Of a stretch of DNA of 64,000 nucleotides, positions 44,323-53,868 are shown piece after piece; position 1 is the stretch's first letter, and every line of letters begins with the position of its first letter. The DNA lies in the NCBI GenBank assembly GCA_038136775.1, contig JAYQAJ010000003.1, forward strand, positions 28,302 to 92,301, in the 5' to 3' direction. A model generated the notes under the pieces. The model made no database searches. It saw nothing but the letters and a program-made list of their open reading frames with translations, and had not been told where the DNA came from. Source of the stretch: Gammaproteobacteria bacterium (GTDB taxonomy: Bacteria; Pseudomonadota; Gammaproteobacteria; Pseudomonadales; Azotimanducaceae). The translations under genes were made by a program, and so were the position numbers.

Positions 44323-44427
44323 ATGAATTTGATGCCCACACAGCAACCAACAACAGCGTCCAGCGGCGCGGTGACTTCTGTGCGCGCAATCTATTGGCGA
44401 GGCTTTAGCTTTTACCTAAGCATTTAG
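44323..44427 (+). CDS. Putative attenuator leader peptide (Tyr/Trp/Phe-rich)
   Basis: MNLMPTQQPTTASSGAVTSVRAIYWRGFSFYLSI*. Five aromatic codons in the last 11, none in the first 23. Alternative in-frame ATGs at 44281 and 44332. Confidence 0.7.
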   Translation: MNLMPTQQPTTASSGAVTSVRAIYWRGFSFYLSI

Positions 44428-44484
44428 CTCGCCTTTTAAATTTTTGAAGGCAGCGCACTGCCTTCGTTGAACCCCGCGAGGCAG
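44396..44484 (+). promoter_or_regulatory. Mutually exclusive attenuator hairpins
   Basis: GGCGAG(44396-401):CTCGCC(44428-33); GCCTTT(44431-36):GAAGGC(44446-51); GAAGGCAG(44446-53):CTGCCTTC(44458-65); CTGCCT(44458-63):AGGCAG(44479-84). Confidence 0.65.
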
Positions 44485-44504
44485 ACGTCTACCGGGGTTT
44501 TTTT
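44470..44504 (+). terminator. Rho-independent terminator upstream of DAHP synthase
   Basis: AACCCCG(44470-76)…CGGGGTT(44493-99), T7 run at 44498-44504, 80 nt before the DAHP synthase ATG. Confidence 0.8.
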
Positions 44505-44527
44505 ACGCCCGCAGACCGCGCTACAGA

Positions 44528-44573
44528 TCGCAGGAGCAATTTTTGCAAGAGCAATTTTTGCAAGAGCAAAAGG
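44528..44573 (+). repeat. Second copy of the addA 15-bp repeat block, in the DAHP synthase 5' region
   Basis: 45/46 identical to 44103-44148. Confidence 0.9.
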
Positions 44574-44584
44574 GAAATTAAAAG

Positions 44585-45634
44585 ATGCAGCTGGAAAACA
44601 TTAACGTTGAGTCACAAGAAGTGCTGATTACACCAGAACAATTAAAACGGCGGTTGCCAGTTTCAGAAGAAGTGCGCGAAGCAGTCAACGCCTACCGGCA
44701 AAGTGCACGGCAAATCGTCGCTGGAGCAGATAAGCGTCTATTAGTCGTCGTTGGCCCCTGCTCAATACACGACCCAGAGAGTGCGTTAGAGTACGCCCAA
44801 CGGCTGCGACAACTGGCTGAGGAATTAGATGATCGCTTGTTCCTAGTCATGCGGGCTTACTTCGAAAAACCACGCAGTACCGTCGGCTGGAAAGGTCTGG
44901 TAAATGACCCTTATTTGGATGATAGTTTTCGAGTAGCCGAAGGCTTAGAAATCGCACGCAGCCTATTGCTGGACATTTCCAGCTTAGGGCTGCCCTTAGC
45001 AACAGAGGCGTTGGACCCCATCACTCCCCAATATCTACAGGAATTGTTTTCCTGGAGCGCGATTGGTGCGCGCACTACCGAATCACAAACACACCGTGAA
45101 CTGGCCTCGGGCCTTAGCTGCCCGGTAGGTTTTAAAAATGGCACCGATGGCTCCTTAGAAGTGGCATTGAATGCGCTGCAGTCTGCAGCCAAGCCCCATC
45201 GGTTCCTAGGAATAAGCCCCAACGGTCAGGTCAGCGTTGTACATACCCGCGGTAATGATCATGCGCACATCGTACTGAGAGGCGGCGCAGACGGCCCGAA
45301 CTATGACGCCAATAGCATCGCCGAATGCGAATCGGCGCTGCAGAATATCGGCCATCGACCATCGATTATGGTGGATTGCTCTCATGCCAACTCCAACAAG
45401 GACTACCGCAAGCAACGCCAGGTTCTGGAATCCGTCGCCGAGCAGATTGCAGCAGGCAACAAGTTCATTACCGGACTGATGCTTGAAAGCCACTTGCACG
45501 CTGGCAATCAGGGCATTGAGGCGCCTGATAACTTGCGCTACGGCGTATCCGTGACCGACGCCTGTGTGGATTGGCAAGAGACCGAATCGTTATTGCGCCA
45601 TTTGCATGGCCAGATGGCCGTTCGCTTTTCCTAA
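44585..45634 (+). CDS. aroG: Class I-alpha DAHP synthase (AroF/G/H family; isoenzyme not resolved)
   Basis: VVVGPCSIHD, MRAYFEKPRSTVGWKGL, WSAIGARTTESQTHRE.ASG, FKNGTDG, VDCSHANS, SVTDACV. Confidence 0.95.
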   Translation: MQLENINVESQEVLITPEQLKRRLPVSEEVREAVNAYRQSARQIVAGADKRLLVVVGPCSIHDPESALEYAQRLRQLAEELDDRLFLVMRAYFEKPRSTVGWKGLVNDPYLDDSFRVAEGLEIARSLLLDISSLGLPLATEALDPITPQYLQELFSWSAIGARTTESQTHRELASGLSCPVGFKNGTDGSLEVALNALQSAAKPHRFLGISPNGQVSVVHTRGNDHAHIVLRGGADGPNYDANSIAECESALQNIGHRPSIMVDCSHANSNKDYRKQRQVLESVAEQIAAGNKFITGLMLESHLHAGNQGIEAPDNLRYGVSVTDACVDWQETESLLRHLHGQMAVRFS

Positions 45635-45648
45635 GGCCGTGATAGGGT

Positions 45649-46230
45649 CTAGGTGTAGTAGGCGTTTTCCGTGAACGAGTGATCAGTGTGATCAACCACA
45701 CCCGTTAATTCTGGAACTTGTTCGAGTAAAGTGCCTTCAACACTGCTCTTGAGGGTAATGTCTACAGCAGAGCAGCCCTGACAACCTCCGCCAAACTGCA
45801 GCACAGCTTGTTTTTCCGCCGTGACTTCCACCAACGACACCACACCACCATGGGCAGCTAGCCCCGGATTAATTTCGTTATACAGAACATAGTTGATGCG
45901 ATCCTCAATGGGCGCATCTGGACCCACCTTGGGAACTCGGGCATTCGGTGCTTTTATAGTTAATTGCCCGCCCATCTGATCTTCCTGATAGTCGACCTGA
46001 GCATCCTCCAGGTAGGGTTCGCTACGACCCTCAAACCAGGCTCTGAATCCTTCATACTCCACCGCAATATCGCCTTCCTGTTCTTCACCGGGACGACAAT
46101 AAGCAATACAGGTCTCCGCTTGGGGCGTGCCGGGTTGTGCGACAAAGATGCGGATGGCCACACCAGCGTCATCTTGCTTTGCCAACAGGCTTTGGAGATA
46201 GGTCTGAGCACTTGAAGAAATATCGATCAT
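45649..46230 (-). CDS. nfuA: Fe-S biogenesis protein NfuA
   Basis: [42 protein letters not shown]. Confidence 0.96.
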   Translation of the reverse strand: MIDISSSAQTYLQSLLAKQDDAGVAIRIFVAQPGTPQAETCIAYCRPGEEQEGDIAVEYEGFRAWFEGRSEPYLEDAQVDYQEDQMGGQLTIKAPNARVPKVGPDAPIEDRINYVLYNEINPGLAAHGGVVSLVEVTAEKQAVLQFGGGCQGCSAVDITLKSSVEGTLLEQVPELTGVVDHTDHSFTENAYYT

Positions 46231-46414
46231 GGTTACTGCAATTACTTAAGTTAAATCGGCCACAAATGCAGCGGCCTGGAAACCGGCAGTTTATACCTGA
46301 GGCTGGGGGTTGGGTAAATGACTATTAGTTTTACTCAAATAACAGCCGATCTACTTCAATTGTTCGCATCCCCCGCCTTAGTTAGGCTGCCGTTTTATTT
46401 TCCGGAAGTACGCT

Positions 46415-49400
46415 ATGCCCGCTGCACCAGCCTCCGCTGCCAGCCAGACAAACCAGACACTACCTCGACAGGCTCGGCTTGAAGCGTTAATGAAGCAGCG
46501 CATATTGCTATTGGATGGCGCCTACGGAACTGCCTTTCAAGGCTACCAATTGGAAGAAGAGGCCTATCGCGGTGAACGCTTTACAGAACACGACTTCCCG
46601 CTGAAAGGTAATCACGACATTTTGTGCCTCACCCGCCCTGATGTAGTTGAAGAAGTTCACCGTAACTATCTCGAAGCCGGCAGCGACATCATTTGCACCA
46701 ACACCTTCAACGCTACAACAGTAGCTCAAGCAGATTTCGGTACCGAAGGCATTTGTTTTGAGATCAACGAGGCAGCAGCACGCATCGCTCGGCAGGTCGC
46801 TGATGAATACGCCAGCGACACTAAACCACGCTTTGTCGCCGGCAGTATTGGCCCGACGAATCGAACCGCTAGCTTGTCGCCAGACGTAAACCAACCAGGG
46901 TACCGAAACATTTGCTTTGATGAACTTGTTGAAGCCTATACCGAAGCCATGCGCGGCCTGGTTGCAGGTGGCGCTGACATTCTTCTTATCGAGACGGTAT
47001 TCGATACGCTTAACGCGAAGGCTGCGATCTTTGCCGCTGACGTAGTGAACAAGGAATTAGCTGACCCACTGCCACTGATTATTTCCGGAACTATCACCGA
47101 CGCCAGCGGTCGAACATTATCTGGGCAAACCTGCGAGGCGTTTTTGTACTCCGTCGAGCATGCCAAACCTCTGGCGGTGGGCCTTAACTGCGCATTGGGT
47201 GCAGAACAATTACGTCCTTATGTCTCGGAATTGGCCAAACTGAGCGCTGCTGGTGTCAGCGTGCACCCCAATGCTGGCTTGCCTGATGCATTCGGCGAGT
47301 ACAACCAAACCGCCGAGCAAATGGCGGAAATCGTACGTGAGTTTGCAGAGGCAGGTTGGTTAAACATTATTGGCGGCTGTTGCGGGACCACACCAGAGCA
47401 TATTCAAGCGATAGCCGACACCGTTGCAGAACTGCCACCGCGCCCGTTGAACGACCCCGAGAACGCGGGTGCCAGCGAACACGTTGGTGGTCTGAAACTC
47501 TCAGGGTTAGAGCCTCTCACCCTGAACCAAGACAGCTTGTTCGTAAACGTTGGTGAACGCACCAATGTTACGGGTTCGGCTCGGTTCGCAAGACTGATCC
47601 GCGAAAATAAATTCGACGAAGCTTTAGCCGTTGCACGGCAACAAGTCGAGAACGGTGCTCAGGTGATCGACATCAACATGGATGAGGGGATGCTCGACGG
47701 CGAACAGGCCATGGTTCATTTCTTAAACCTGATCGCCTCGGAGCCAGATATCTCCCGCGTGCCCATCATGCTCGATTCCAGCAAATGGGAAATTATCGAG
47801 GCGGGTTTAAAGTGCGTTCAAGGCAAAGCCATCGTCAATTCTATCAGCTTAAAAGAAGGCCAAGACGCCTTCATTGAAGCCGCTCAGAAGTGCTTGGGTT
47901 ACGGAGCCGCCATGGTGGTAATGGCTTTCGACGAACAGGGACAAGCGGATTCATTGGCGCGCAAAATAGAAATTTGCGAGCGCAGCTATCGCATTCTTAC
48001 CGAGCATGTTGGCGTCCCACCCAGTGACATCATCTTTGATGCCAACATCTTTGCAATTGGCACCGGCATTGATGAACACCGCAATTACGCTGTGGACTTT
48101 ATTGAAGCCGTGCGTTGGATTCATGAAAACCTACCAGGTGCCAGCACTTCTGGCGGCCTGAGCAACGTGTCTTTTGCATTTCGCGGTAACAACCTGGTGC
48201 GCGAGGCTATTCATACCGTCTTTCTTTATCACGCGGTTCGCGCCGGTTTAACCATGGGCATTGTTAATGCCGGGCAACTCGGCATCTATGAAGAAGTTCC
48301 CGAAACGTTGCGCGAGGCGGTAGAAGACCTGGTGCTTAATCGTCGCGAAGATGCCACCGAGCGGCTATTAGAGATGGCCCAGGATCTAGTCGACAACAGC
48401 GATAAAGACGACAAGGAACAAGTACAAGATGCCTGGCGCAGCTTGCCGGTTCACGAACGCCTTAGCCACGCGCTGGTGAAAGGCATTGGCGACTTTATCG
48501 TCGATGACACAGAAGAAGCGCGTGTACTGGTGGAGCATCCACTGGAAGTGATCGAGGGGCCGTTAATGGACGGTATGGGTGTGGTTGGCGACCTATTCGG
48601 CAGCGGCAAGATGTTCTTGCCTCAGGTTGTGAAAAGCGCACGGGTTATGAAACAAGCCGTCGGCCATTTGGTGCCCTTCATCGAAGAAGAAAAGCACCGC
48701 AACCCAGAACGTGAACGCTCAGCCAAAGGTAAAATAGTACTGGCCACAGTTAAAGGTGATGTCCATGACATCGGCAAGAACATTGTTGGAGTGGTACTGC
48801 AGTGTAATAACTACGAAGTCATCGACTTAGGTGTAATGGTTCCAGCAGAAACCATCATTCAAACAGCCATCGATTGTGAGGCCAACATGATCGGCCTGTC
48901 AGGATTAATCACCCCATCATTGGATGAAATGGTGCACATTGCTAAGGAAATGCAGCGACGCGATCTGGACATTCCCTTGCTGATCGGCGGTGCCACAACC
49001 AGTAAAGCCCACACAGCAGCGAAAATAGCGCCGCAATACGACAATCGCGCAACGGTCTATGTCACAGACGCCTCGCGTGCGGTTAACGTAGCAGCCAGCT
49101 TGTTGGCTGAAGAGCCTCAGTATCAGGCCTACGCTAAGAACATTCGCGAAGAATACGCATTGATTCGCAATCGAGTCGAAGCGCGACGCGAAAAACGTGC
49201 TTTTCTAAAACTCAGTGACGCCCAAGCTAATGCCATGTCATTTGATTGGTCTGCATATCAACCGCCCAAGCCTCAACAATTGGGCGTGCACAAAGTCTGT
49301 CCTAGCCTAGAGGAACTGGTTGCTTATATTGATTGGACGCCATTTTTTATGACCTGGGAGTTGGCCGGTCGCTATCCAGCGATTCTCGAGGACGAGGTCG

Positions 49401-50167
49401 TTGGCGAGGCTGCAACGCAACTGTTTGCTGACGCCCAAGAACGTTTGCAATGGCTAATTGACGACGGCCGCTTAGATGCACAAGGTGTCTACGGATTTTG
49501 GCCAGCCAATCGCTTCGGTACCGATGACATAGAGATCTTCGCCGACGATTCGCGTAGCAACAGGCTGTGCACCCTGCACCACCTACGCCAGCAGGCACCC
49601 AAACCCGACGACCTTAGTCCTAACTATTGCTTAGCGGACTTTATTGCCCCCGGGGGCAGCGCCGACTACATCGGTGGCTTTGCCGTTACCGCCGGTCTGA
49701 ACATAGACGCCATTTTGGCAGACTTCCCAGACGACGATTACGCACAAATAATGATCAAGGCATTAGCAGATCGCTTAGCCGAAGCGTTCGCAGAGTATCT
49801 GCACGAGCAAGTTCGCCAAACTCATTGGGGCTACGCCACCGATGAGAACTTAGACGGTGAAGACTTGATTAAAGAACGCTATCGAGGAATCCGCCCTGCT
49901 CCAGGCTATCCAGCGTGCCCAGAGCACAGCGAAAAAGCCACGTTGTTTATGTTACTGGACGCGACCCAGCAGACAGGCATTGAACTTACCGAGAGTTTCG
50001 CCATGGCGCCCGCAGCTGCAGTGAGCGGCTGGTACTTCTCGCACCCTGAGAGCCGCTATTTTGGCGTAGGTAAAGTGGACGAGGATCAGCTTGCAAGCTA
50101 TGCCGAACGCAAAGACTTGTCGCTGGATCAGGCTCGACGATTGCTGACGCCGAACCTAGTGGATTAG
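46415..50167 (+). CDS. metH: Cobalamin-dependent methionine synthase
   Basis: [31 protein letters not shown]12 motif [12 protein letters not shown]…SGL, RPAPGYP. Confidence 0.99.
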   Translation: MPAAPASAASQTNQTLPRQARLEALMKQRILLLDGAYGTAFQGYQLEEEAYRGERFTEHDFPLKGNHDILCLTRPDVVEEVHRNYLEAGSDIICTNTFNATTVAQADFGTEGICFEINEAAARIARQVADEYASDTKPRFVAGSIGPTNRTASLSPDVNQPGYRNICFDELVEAYTEAMRGLVAGGADILLIETVFDTLNAKAAIFAADVVNKELADPLPLIISGTITDASGRTLSGQTCEAFLYSVEHAKPLAVGLNCALGAEQLRPYVSELAKLSAAGVSVHPNAGLPDAFGEYNQTAEQMAEIVREFAEAGWLNIIGGCCGTTPEHIQAIADTVAELPPRPLNDPENAGASEHVGGLKLSGLEPLTLNQDSLFVNVGERTNVTGSARFARLIRENKFDEALAVARQQVENGAQVIDINMDEGMLDGEQAMVHFLNLIASEPDISRVPIMLDSSKWEIIEAGLKCVQGKAIVNSISLKEGQDAFIEAAQKCLGYGAAMVVMAFDEQGQADSLARKIEICERSYRILTEHVGVPPSDIIFDANIFAIGTGIDEHRNYAVDFIEAVRWIHENLPGASTSGGLSNVSFAFRGNNLVREAIHTVFLYHAVRAGLTMGIVNAGQLGIYEEVPETLREAVEDLVLNRREDATERLLEMAQDLVDNSDKDDKEQVQDAWRSLPVHERLSHALVKGIGDFIVDDTEEARVLVEHPLEVIEGPLMDGMGVVGDLFGSGKMFLPQVVKSARVMKQAVGHLVPFIEEEKHRNPERERSAKGKIVLATVKGDVHDIGKNIVGVVLQCNNYEVIDLGVMVPAETIIQTAIDCEANMIGLSGLITPSLDEMVHIAKEMQRRDLDIPLLIGGATTSKAHTAAKIAPQYDNRATVYVTDASRAVNVAASLLAEEPQYQAYAKNIREEYALIRNRVEARREKRAFLKLSDAQANAMSFDWSAYQPPKPQQLGVHKVCPSLEELVAYIDWTPFFMTWELAGRYPAILEDEVVGEAATQLFADAQERLQWLIDDGRLDAQGVYGFWPANRFGTDDIEIFADDSRSNRLCTLHHLRQQAPKPDDLSPNYCLADFIAPGGSADYIGGFAVTAGLNIDAILADFPDDDYAQIMIKALADRLAEAFAEYLHEQVRQTHWGYATDENLDGEDLIKERYRGIRPAPGYPACPEHSEKATLFMLLDATQQTGIELTESFAMAPAAAVSGWYFSHPESRYFGVGKVDEDQLASYAERKDLSLDQARRLLTPNLVD

Positions 50168-50226
50168 CTTAAGAAACATGAACGACGGCGTGCCACGCAC
50201 GCCTCGGCTAACAGACTCTCTAAGCG

Positions 50227-50370
50227 TTATACGTCGATAGTGAAGCCAGAAATCAAATGCGCCGCCATAAGTACTGCGGCTGTAAAGATGACTGTGATCG
50301 CCACAACATCGACCTTACTGTCATCATTTGCCGCAGTGTTTGATTCTTGTTCTGGAGTTTGATCGCTCAT
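50227..50370 (-). CDS. Unannotated 47-aa single-TM small protein
   Basis: My translation: MSDQTPEQESNTAANDDSKVDVVAITVIFTAAVLMAAHLISGFTIDV*. AGGGA 4 nt upstream; polar N-terminus followed by one hydrophobic helix. Confidence 0.6.
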   Translation of the reverse strand: MSDQTPEQESNTAANDDSKVDVVAITVIFTAAVLMAAHLISGFTIDV

Positions 50371-50578
50371 TTTGTCCCTAATCGGCTTGCGTAAAGCGCG
50401 CATTATAAGCCCGCGCTTGGCCAGTACAACCTCTACCTAAGGCCCGGAATAGGCGAATCACCCAGATGGCATATCGTTATAACTTTCGGTCAGTTGTTGG
50501 GTTGTACACCCACTGCTAGTGTCCGCGCCTAAACCGCCATCCCCAGCCCTGATGCGCTGCGGGAACCCATGAGAATCT

Positions 50579-52258
50579 ATGTATCAATACGACGACTTTG
50601 ATCGACAGTTCGTAACGGAGCGCGTTGCACACTATCGTGAGCAAACCGAGCGCTATCTCGCCGGCAAGCTTAGCGAGGATGAGTTTCTACAACTGCGCCT
50701 GCGCAACGGTCTGTACGTGCAGCGCTTAGCACCTATGCTTCGGGTTGCTATCCCCTACGGTACTCTGTCCAGTACTCAGCTACGCGCATTAGCCGACATC
50801 TCGGTAACCTATGATCGAGGTTACGGACATTTAAGCACGCGCCAGAATATGCAATTCAACTGGCCAGAAATAGCCGATGTTCCAGACATTCTGGAGCAGT
50901 TGGCCAAGGTCAACATGCACGCCATACAGACCAGCGGTAGTTGCATCCGCAACGTCACCACAGATCACTTTGCTGGTGCCGCAGCCGACGAGATTGTGGA
51001 CCCGCGACCTTATTGTGAGTTGATTCGGCAATGGTCAACCTTGCATCCAGAATTTGAATGGCTGCCACGCAAGTTCAAAATTGCGGTGAGTGGTGCTGCC
51101 GTGGATCGTGCCGCAGTAGATGTGCATGACATCGGCCTACGGGTTTATGAGGACGATCAGCAACAGCATGTTTTTGATGTGCTGGTAGGCGGTGGTCTGG
51201 GACGCACGCCGGTCATTGGCTCCACCATCCGCACAGCCTTACCTGCCAAACACCTGTTGTCTTACTTACAAGCCATATTAAGGGTCTACAACCGTTATGG
51301 GCGGCGGGACAATAAGTACAAAGCGCGCATTAAAATTTTAGTGCGTGCGCTGGGCGCTGAATCGTTCACTCAGCAGGTCGAGTCTGAGTGGGCAATGATA
51401 TTGAACGAAAGTGAACCGCTACCGGCGAAAGCCATCCAGCATATGCAGCAGTTCTTTGCGCCACCAGAACTACCTGCGGTCAACGATGCGACTACCGAGC
51501 TCCCAGCACAACGCTTACAACAGCCTGCCTTCAGCCGCTGGGTTGAGCGCAATGTATTCCCCCACCGAAAAGAGGGTTACAGCAACATCATACTGTCGAC
51601 CAAAGCTGTTGGTGTGCCGCCAGGTGATGTCAGTGCGGAACAAATGCTGGTCGTGGCGACATGGGCTGAGCAATTCGGCATCGGCGAGATACGCATCACT
51701 CACGAACAAAACTTTGTGCTGCCACATATCCGCCAGAGCGACTTATTCGCTCTTTGGCAACAGGCACAGGAAGCAGATCTCGCGACCGCAAATGCTGGCT
51801 TGATCACCGATGTCATCTGCTGCCCTGGCGGCGATTTTTGCTCTCTGGCCAACGCCAAATCCATACCTATTGCCGAAGCTATTCAGCGTCAACTTGCTGA
51901 CGCTGACTTTGTGCATGACCTGGGCGATGTCGATCTAAACATTTCTGGCTGTATGAACGCCTGTGGCCATCACCACGTTGGGCACATCGGCATACTCGGC
52001 GTCGACAAAAAAGGCCAAGAGTTCTACCAAATTTCCCTGGGAGGACATGCAGGACACTCGAATACCCAAGCTTCGCTGGGGCAAATAATTGGCCCATCTG
52101 TGTCAAGACAACAGGTACAAGGTGTCATTGGCAGAATCATCGACATTTACTTAGGGCTGCGACAACAAGACGAAAGCTTCTTGAGCTGTTTTCGTCGCGT
52201 TGGCATCGACCCATTCAAAGCCAGCCTAAAAGAAGATCCCCATGACGCAGTTGCTTAA
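50579..52258 (+). CDS. cysI: Sulfite reductase hemoprotein (CysI, nitrite/sulfite reductase family)
   Basis: LRLRNGLYVQR, STRQNMQFNW, LPRKFKIA, siroheme/Fe-S motifs CPGGDFCSLAN and ISGCMNACGHH. Confidence 0.93.
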   Translation: MYQYDDFDRQFVTERVAHYREQTERYLAGKLSEDEFLQLRLRNGLYVQRLAPMLRVAIPYGTLSSTQLRALADISVTYDRGYGHLSTRQNMQFNWPEIADVPDILEQLAKVNMHAIQTSGSCIRNVTTDHFAGAAADEIVDPRPYCELIRQWSTLHPEFEWLPRKFKIAVSGAAVDRAAVDVHDIGLRVYEDDQQQHVFDVLVGGGLGRTPVIGSTIRTALPAKHLLSYLQAILRVYNRYGRRDNKYKARIKILVRALGAESFTQQVESEWAMILNESEPLPAKAIQHMQQFFAPPELPAVNDATTELPAQRLQQPAFSRWVERNVFPHRKEGYSNIILSTKAVGVPPGDVSAEQMLVVATWAEQFGIGEIRITHEQNFVLPHIRQSDLFALWQQAQEADLATANAGLITDVICCPGGDFCSLANAKSIPIAEAIQRQLADADFVHDLGDVDLNISGCMNACGHHHVGHIGILGVDKKGQEFYQISLGGHAGHSNTQASLGQIIGPSVSRQQVQGVIGRIIDIYLGLRQQDESFLSCFRRVGIDPFKASLKEDPHDAVA

Positions 52259-52670
52259 TCAACAGGACGGTCGCTGGCACATGAGCGCCGGCACAGATAC
52301 AGCCTGGATAAGCCCAGAGGAATTTCAACCCGATGCTGCGTTATTGTTGGACGTTGATGCAGAACCTCAAGCGGAATGGGCTGATGCCAGCTTGATCGGC
52401 GTTAACTTCCCAGCATTGACTGACGGTCGAGGTTTATCATTGGCTGCGTTGCTGCGACAACGCATTGGCTTTACCGGCGATCTTCGCGCCGTTGGCGCCG
52501 TGCATGAAGACATCGTGCACTTCATGCTGCGTTGTGGTTTTACCAGTTTTGAACTGGCGGACGAGCGCGATCCTGCAATCGTATTGCAACAACTCACGCC
52601 CTACAGTCAGCACTACCAAGCGTCTGTGATCGATCCATTGCCCGCATTAGTACGGCTGGCCAATACCTAG
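52242..52670 (+). CDS. DUF934 protein (sulfite reductase partner)
   Basis: IGVNFPALTDGRGLSLA.LLR.R.GFTGDLRAVG…RCGF; overlaps the cysI end. Confidence 0.88.
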   Translation: MTQLLNQQDGRWHMSAGTDTAWISPEEFQPDAALLLDVDAEPQAEWADASLIGVNFPALTDGRGLSLAALLRQRIGFTGDLRAVGAVHEDIVHFMLRCGFTSFELADERDPAIVLQQLTPYSQHYQASVIDPLPALVRLANT

Positions 52671-52693
52671 TGACCTAGTGCTATGCTTAGCTC

Positions 52694-53866
52694 ATGGCTC
52701 ACGCTAACCTTATTGATTCGTTTTTCATCATCTTCAGCGGCGCGGCGTTACTGGCGACGTTAAGCCTGTATTCACGCCAACCGATGCTGGTCGCCTACAT
52801 CGTTTTGGGCTGCCTCATCGGCCCTTACGGCATCGGCTTGATTAGCGACGACGAGCACTTGGGTGAGATCGCCGAAATCGGCATTATGTTTTTGCTGTTT
52901 TTGGTTGGCTTAGACCTACAGCCCAGCAAGTTACGCAATATGCTGGGCGAATCTATGCTTACCGCATTGGGTACCAGTATTGCCTTTCTAGCCCTTGGCG
53001 CAGGCACTATGTGGGTATTTGGTTTCAGCGTCGCAGAATCCTTGACGGTCGGCTTAGCGCTAACGTTCTCCAGCACGATCCTGGGCTTGAAGCTTCTGCC
53101 AGTAACTGCATTACATCATCGCCACATTGGTGAAATTGTGATCAGCCTGTTATTGATTCAGGACATGCTGGCCATCATTGCTATTGTTTTGGTCAGCGAA
53201 TTCACACCGGACCTTGGAGGCATTGTTCGAAACATCGGTAGCATAATCCTCGCTCTGCCGATGCTCGCACTACTGGCGTTCTGCATCGTAAAGTTTCTCT
53301 TGCTGCCTTTAATCAAGCGCTTCGACGCCTTTCACGAATACATATTCCTGCTCGCTATCGCTTGGTGTTTAGGCTTTGCAAGTATTTCTCACGCCATGAA
53401 TCTGTCCTTTGAAATTGGCGCTTTTTTCGCGGGCGTTAGCCTGGCCACAAGTCCAATAGCCAAGTACATCGCAGAAAATTTGCGACCACTGCGGGATTTT
53501 TTTCTGATTATGTTTTTCTTCACCGTGGGCGCCGATCTAAATACCGGATTGATCACCACCCTATGGCTACCCGTTCTCGTCGTAAGCGTCGTTATCGTGG
53601 TTTCTAAGCCCCTGGTATTTAGTGCGCTGCTACGAGCCCAAGGTGAGCCCGACAGCACATCACGGGAAGTAGGCTTCAGATTGGGCCAGGGTTCAGAGTT
53701 CGCACTTCTGCTCAGCTACATCGCTCTGAGCAATGCCTTAATAAGCGAGGCTGCTGCAGTAGTGCTGCAAACAGCCACCGTCATTTCTATGGTAATCAGC
53801 AGTTATCTTGTGGTGTCGCGCTATCCTAACCCTATCGCTGCAGATCCTAGGCTTCGACGGGACTAA
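52694..53866 (+). CDS. CPA2 cation:proton antiporter (no KTN domain)
   Basis: AYIVLGCLIGPYG, IAEIGIMFLLFLVGLDL, FSSTI, QD, SFEIGAFFAG, LGQGSEF. Confidence 0.88.
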   Translation: MAHANLIDSFFIIFSGAALLATLSLYSRQPMLVAYIVLGCLIGPYGIGLISDDEHLGEIAEIGIMFLLFLVGLDLQPSKLRNMLGESMLTALGTSIAFLALGAGTMWVFGFSVAESLTVGLALTFSSTILGLKLLPVTALHHRHIGEIVISLLLIQDMLAIIAIVLVSEFTPDLGGIVRNIGSIILALPMLALLAFCIVKFLLLPLIKRFDAFHEYIFLLAIAWCLGFASISHAMNLSFEIGAFFAGVSLATSPIAKYIAENLRPLRDFFLIMFFFTVGADLNTGLITTLWLPVLVVSVVIVVSKPLVFSALLRAQGEPDSTSREVGFRLGQGSEFALLLSYIALSNALISEAAAVVLQTATVISMVISSYLVVSRYPNPIAADPRLRRD

Positions 53867-53868
53867 CC

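Noticed and set aside
46231-46414. SAM-SAH or cobalamin riboswitch, or MetR box, upstream of metH
   Set aside because: I could not recognise the consensus elements or a TGAA-N5-TTCA dyad by eye. cmscan would settle it.
50187-50203. GGCGTG-N5-CACGCC hairpin after metH
   Set aside because: Short stem without a U-tail; at most a weak terminator.
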